NCBI GenBank assembly: GCA_050949565.1
Contig: JBMNFY010000017.1
Span: forward strand, 1,248,001 to 1,312,000
Source: Kiritimatiellia bacterium
GTDB taxonomy: Bacteria; Verrucomicrobiota; Kiritimatiellia; RFP12; UBA1067
Length of the DNA stretch: 64,000 nucleotides
Reading direction: 5' to 3'
Shown: one piece after another, positions 61,152-64,000 of the stretch
Layout: the number at the start of each line of letters is the position of its first letter
Numbering within the stretch: position 1 is the first letter of the stretch
Program-made: the position numbers and the translations under genes
Notes under the pieces: model-generated
Seen by the model: only the letters and a program-made list of their open reading frames with translations
Told to the model about the DNA's origin: nothing
The model's database searches: none

Positions 61152-62543
61152 TCAGATCGAAACCGGCGCTTCCCAGCCCTTGCGGTAAGTCCGGCGCAGC
61201 AGACGGTCCGCCGCCTCCGAATTCGTGATGCGCAACTGCCGGGCGTCCCACGCCAACTCTGTATCCGGCACGCGGATCGCGACCGTGCCGAGCAGGATCG
61301 TCTCGGCCATGGGGCCGGTCTGCTGGAAGTGCGACTCGCACATCCCGACACCGAGCACGGCATCCAGGAAGTGGTGGTAGTGGTTGCGCGGCGGCATCTT
61401 CGGCTTGGGATGGCCGCCGAACTTGCCCTTCGGCAGCAGTACCGGCCCGGAGGTGTGCGGCAGCAGCATCGCGCCCTCGGTGCCGATCACCATGGCCGAC
61501 TCGGCCGGATACTCGTTGAACCCCGCCTCGCGCGCCATAGCCTGCACATCCTCAGGCGGGAAGATCAGGCCGTCGAACCACTCCATCGTGTAGGGCTTGC
61601 CATCGCTGGCCTTGCACCCCGGGAAGGTCCAAGTGATGTGGTCACTCTGCGGCCACACGTCGGCACGCCGTGCACGGTCACCCTTCCAAGATGCCTGGAC
61701 CTCCGCCTTGACGGTCAGGGGGGCGGTCGCGCCCAGATCCATGCCCTTCCACACCGCATCGAAAATGTGGCAACCGATGTCGCCGGACCAGCCGGTGCCG
61801 AAATCCTGCCACGCGCGCCACTTCGCCGGATGGTAGATTTTCGGGGCGTACTCGCGCTCAGGCGCCGTGCCCAGCCACAGGTCCCACGCCAGATGCTCGG
61901 GCGCAGACTCGCCCTTCGCAGGACGCGGCCCCAAGAGCCGGTAGTCGTCAATCGCACCAGGACGGTTGGAGCAGAGGATCACCCGCTTCACAGCACCGAT
62001 GACACCTTCGCGCAACCAATGGACGCCAATGCGGTCGCCCGCACCCGAGGCGTGCTGCGTGCCGAGTTGCGTCACCACGCCCGTGCGCCGGGCCGCCTCC
62101 AAAAGTGCGCGGCATTCGGCCACATCGTGGCAAAGCGGTTTCTGGCAATAGACATGCTTGCCCGCCTGCATGGCAGACAGCGCGATCAGCGCGTGCATGT
62201 GATCAGGCACTGCGACGCTGACCGAATCAATACGGTCGCCCTCTTTCGCAAGCATCTCGCGCCAATCGGTGTAGCGGCGGGCGTCCGGCACCAACTCGGC
62301 GGCTCTGTTCAGATGGTTCTTGTCCACGTCGCAGATCGCCACGATCTCGGTACGTGCATGTGATTTATAGTTCGTCAGATCATGGTAGCCCATGCCGCCC
62401 ACGCCGACGCAGGCGTGCGCGACCTTGCCGTTCGGCGAGATGCGACGCGGCTGCTGGCCAGTCGCATAGCCCGCCAAGGTGCCGACGGCCGTCGCCGCCG
62501 TGACTGAGAGAAAATGCCGCCGATTCATGTTTGTGCCCATCAT
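61152..62543 (-). CDS. Tat-exported Gfo/Idh/MocA oxidoreductase
   Basis: [31 protein letters not shown]. Confidence 0.92.
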   Translation of the reverse strand: MMGTNMNRRHFLSVTAATAVGTLAGYATGQQPRRISPNGKVAHACVGVGGMGYHDLTNYKSHARTEIVAICDVDKNHLNRAAELVPDARRYTDWREMLAKEGDRIDSVSVAVPDHMHALIALSAMQAGKHVYCQKPLCHDVAECRALLEAARRTGVVTQLGTQHASGAGDRIGVHWLREGVIGAVKRVILCSNRPGAIDDYRLLGPRPAKGESAPEHLAWDLWLGTAPEREYAPKIYHPAKWRAWQDFGTGWSGDIGCHIFDAVWKGMDLGATAPLTVKAEVQASWKGDRARRADVWPQSDHITWTFPGCKASDGKPYTMEWFDGLIFPPEDVQAMAREAGFNEYPAESAMVIGTEGAMLLPHTSGPVLLPKGKFGGHPKPKMPPRNHYHHFLDAVLGVGMCESHFQQTGPMAETILLGTVAIRVPDTELAWDARQLRITNSEAADRLLRRTYRKGWEAPVSI

Positions 62544-62687
62544 TCTACCGTCCTCCTTGATCCAGCGCTCCGCGCCAGTTTTCCACTGACATTCATTTTC
62601 AACAGGATACGAAAGCTTATCATCCCCATTCGGGGGCGCTCCGTCAACCTTGATTTTGGGCTTTTCGCCAAACGCGGCACCCCAGAC

Positions 62688-62716
62688 TTGCATAATGGAC
62701 GGTCACTAGTCATAAT
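62688..62716 (+). promoter_or_regulatory. Putative sigma70 promoter of tpiA
   Basis: TTGCAT-17 nt-CATAAT; AGGAG RBS downstream. Confidence 0.5.
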
Positions 62717-62750
62717 GGAAGGCACCATTTTTTCACAAAAGGAGAGCATA

Positions 62751-63503
62751 ATGCGTAAGAAAATTGTCGCGGGTAACTGGAAGATGAACAAGACGGCATC
62801 CGAAGCCGCCGCATTGATCGATGGAATCAAGAAAGAGGTCGCGGATGTCACGGAGGTTGATGTCGTGGTCTGCCCGCCCTTCACCAATTTGCAAGTTGCG
62901 GCCGCCGCTTGTGCGGGCTCGAACGTGAAACTCGGTGCGCAGAATGTGCACTGGGAAGCATCCGGCGCGTACACCGGCGAGATTTCAGCCGCGATGCTGA
63001 AGGATCTCGGCGTCGAGTACGTGATCATCGGCCACAGCGAGCGCCGCCAGTATTTCGGCGAGACCGACGAGACGGTCAACGCGCGCACTAAGGCCGCGCT
63101 GGCCGTAGGCCTGATTCCGATCGTCTGCGTAGGCGAGACGCTCGCCGAGCGTGACGCCGGCAACATGGAGGCCGTGGTGGTGCGTCAGGTCAAGGCCGGG
63201 CTGAACGACTTGGGCGACGACCTCGCCAAGGTCGTGATCGCTTACGAGCCCGTGTGGGCGATCGGTACTGGTCGCACCGCCACACCGGCGCAGGCGCAAG
63301 AGGTCCACGCCTTGATTCGCCTCACGTTGGCGGAAATCTCTGACGGCGACACGGCCAACGCGATCCGCATCCAGTACGGCGGCAGCATGAAGCCCGAAAA
63401 CGCCAAAGAGCTGATGAGCCAGCCCGACATCGACGGCGGCCTGATCGGCGGTGCCGCGCTCAAAGCCGACTCATTCGCAGCGATTGTCAAGGCTGGGGAA
63501 TAA
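62751..63503 (+). CDS. tpiA: Triosephosphate isomerase
   Basis: [38 protein letters not shown]. Confidence 0.98.
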   Translation: MRKKIVAGNWKMNKTASEAAALIDGIKKEVADVTEVDVVVCPPFTNLQVAAAACAGSNVKLGAQNVHWEASGAYTGEISAAMLKDLGVEYVIIGHSERRQYFGETDETVNARTKAALAVGLIPIVCVGETLAERDAGNMEAVVVRQVKAGLNDLGDDLAKVVIAYEPVWAIGTGRTATPAQAQEVHALIRLTLAEISDGDTANAIRIQYGGSMKPENAKELMSQPDIDGGLIGGAALKADSFAAIVKAGE

Positions 63504-63515
63504 TCGGGACGGCGG

Positions 63516-63596
63516 TTATCGAAAGAATCGATAGATTCGAGTGAATCGAGTGAATCGATTATTTCGAATCTTTCGATTCGCTCGATTCCATCGACC
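63516..63596. repeat. Degenerate 9-bp tandem repeat (9 units, TCGA core)
   Basis: TTATCGAAA GAATCGATA GATTCGAGT GAATCGAGT GAATCGATT ATTTCGAAT CTTTCGATT CGCTCGATT CCATCGACC. Confidence 0.85.
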
Positions 63597-63597
63597 C

Positions 63598-64000
63598 TCA
63601 CCCGTTGTCCCCCCTTATCTCCCGCACGCCCCTGCACTCTGGATACCCCGTGCAGCCCCAAAACGCCTGTCCCGCGTTTTTGCCGCTTTTGGCCTTTCGT
63701 CGCGCCATGGGCTTGCCGCAGTCTGGGCATACTGGCGCACCCTGCTGTTGCGCCCGCGCCTCCACCCGAATGCCGGTCAACTTCTCGCGGAACCCACCCT
63801 CCTCTTTGAAGGTCTCACCCTGCGACTCCATCTGGCGATTGAGCATGTTGATCACCCGTGCGATCAGGATAAGTAGCGTGTTTGCCATCGTCACGTCATC
63901 GTCAGATTCGAGCCACGCCGAAAACTTCCGCTTCTGCGCCAGGATGTGTACGCAGGCGTCATGCACCACATCTTCACCGTAAGCCGTCTTATCCAGTCGC
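63598..64000 (-). CDS. Four-helix-bundle suffix-domain protein with topoisomerase-type C4 zinc ribbon (5' partial)
   Basis: ANTLLILI..LNRQM..FKEEGGFREKL; CPDCGKPM..FWGCTGYPEC. Confidence 0.85.
   Translation of the reverse strand, partial: RLDKTAYGEDVVHDACVHILAQKRKFSAWLESDDDVTMANTLLILIARVINMLNRQMESQGETFKEEGGFREKLTGIRVEARAQQQGAPVCPDCGKPMARRKAKSGKNAGQAFWGCTGYPECRGVREIRGDNG

Overview
High-GC bacterial window whose gene content suggests a PVC-superphylum organism (Kiritimatiellae/Lentisphaerae-like; inference). Housekeeping genes (lpxB, lpxI, prmA, serA, bamD/lptE-like, hflX, rsmI, tpiA) are interspersed with large secreted proteins, a MoxR-DUF58-BatA/vWA operon and one intact IS with 5-bp target duplication. 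Two candidate systems stand out. (1) An operon at 4.5-12.4 kb joins a VTC/TTM polyphosphate polymerase, DUF4956, a HlyD adaptor, a TolC-like lipoprotein and a secreted CotH kinase, with no ABC or RND pump. (2) An 8.5-kb island (41784-50331) bounded by ~41-bp inverted repeats and a CCAA duplication carries a 1639-aa exported protein with a caspase-like (clan CD) C-terminus, two paralogous PepSY-like proteins and an orphan remnant of a second C-terminal tip. This is the layout of a polymorphic effector/immunity locus. A dispersed family of REP/MITE-like repeats is present, one inserted in frame in an ABC permease. Several single-base frameshifts may be sequencing errors. No rRNA, tRNA or CRISPR array was recognised.
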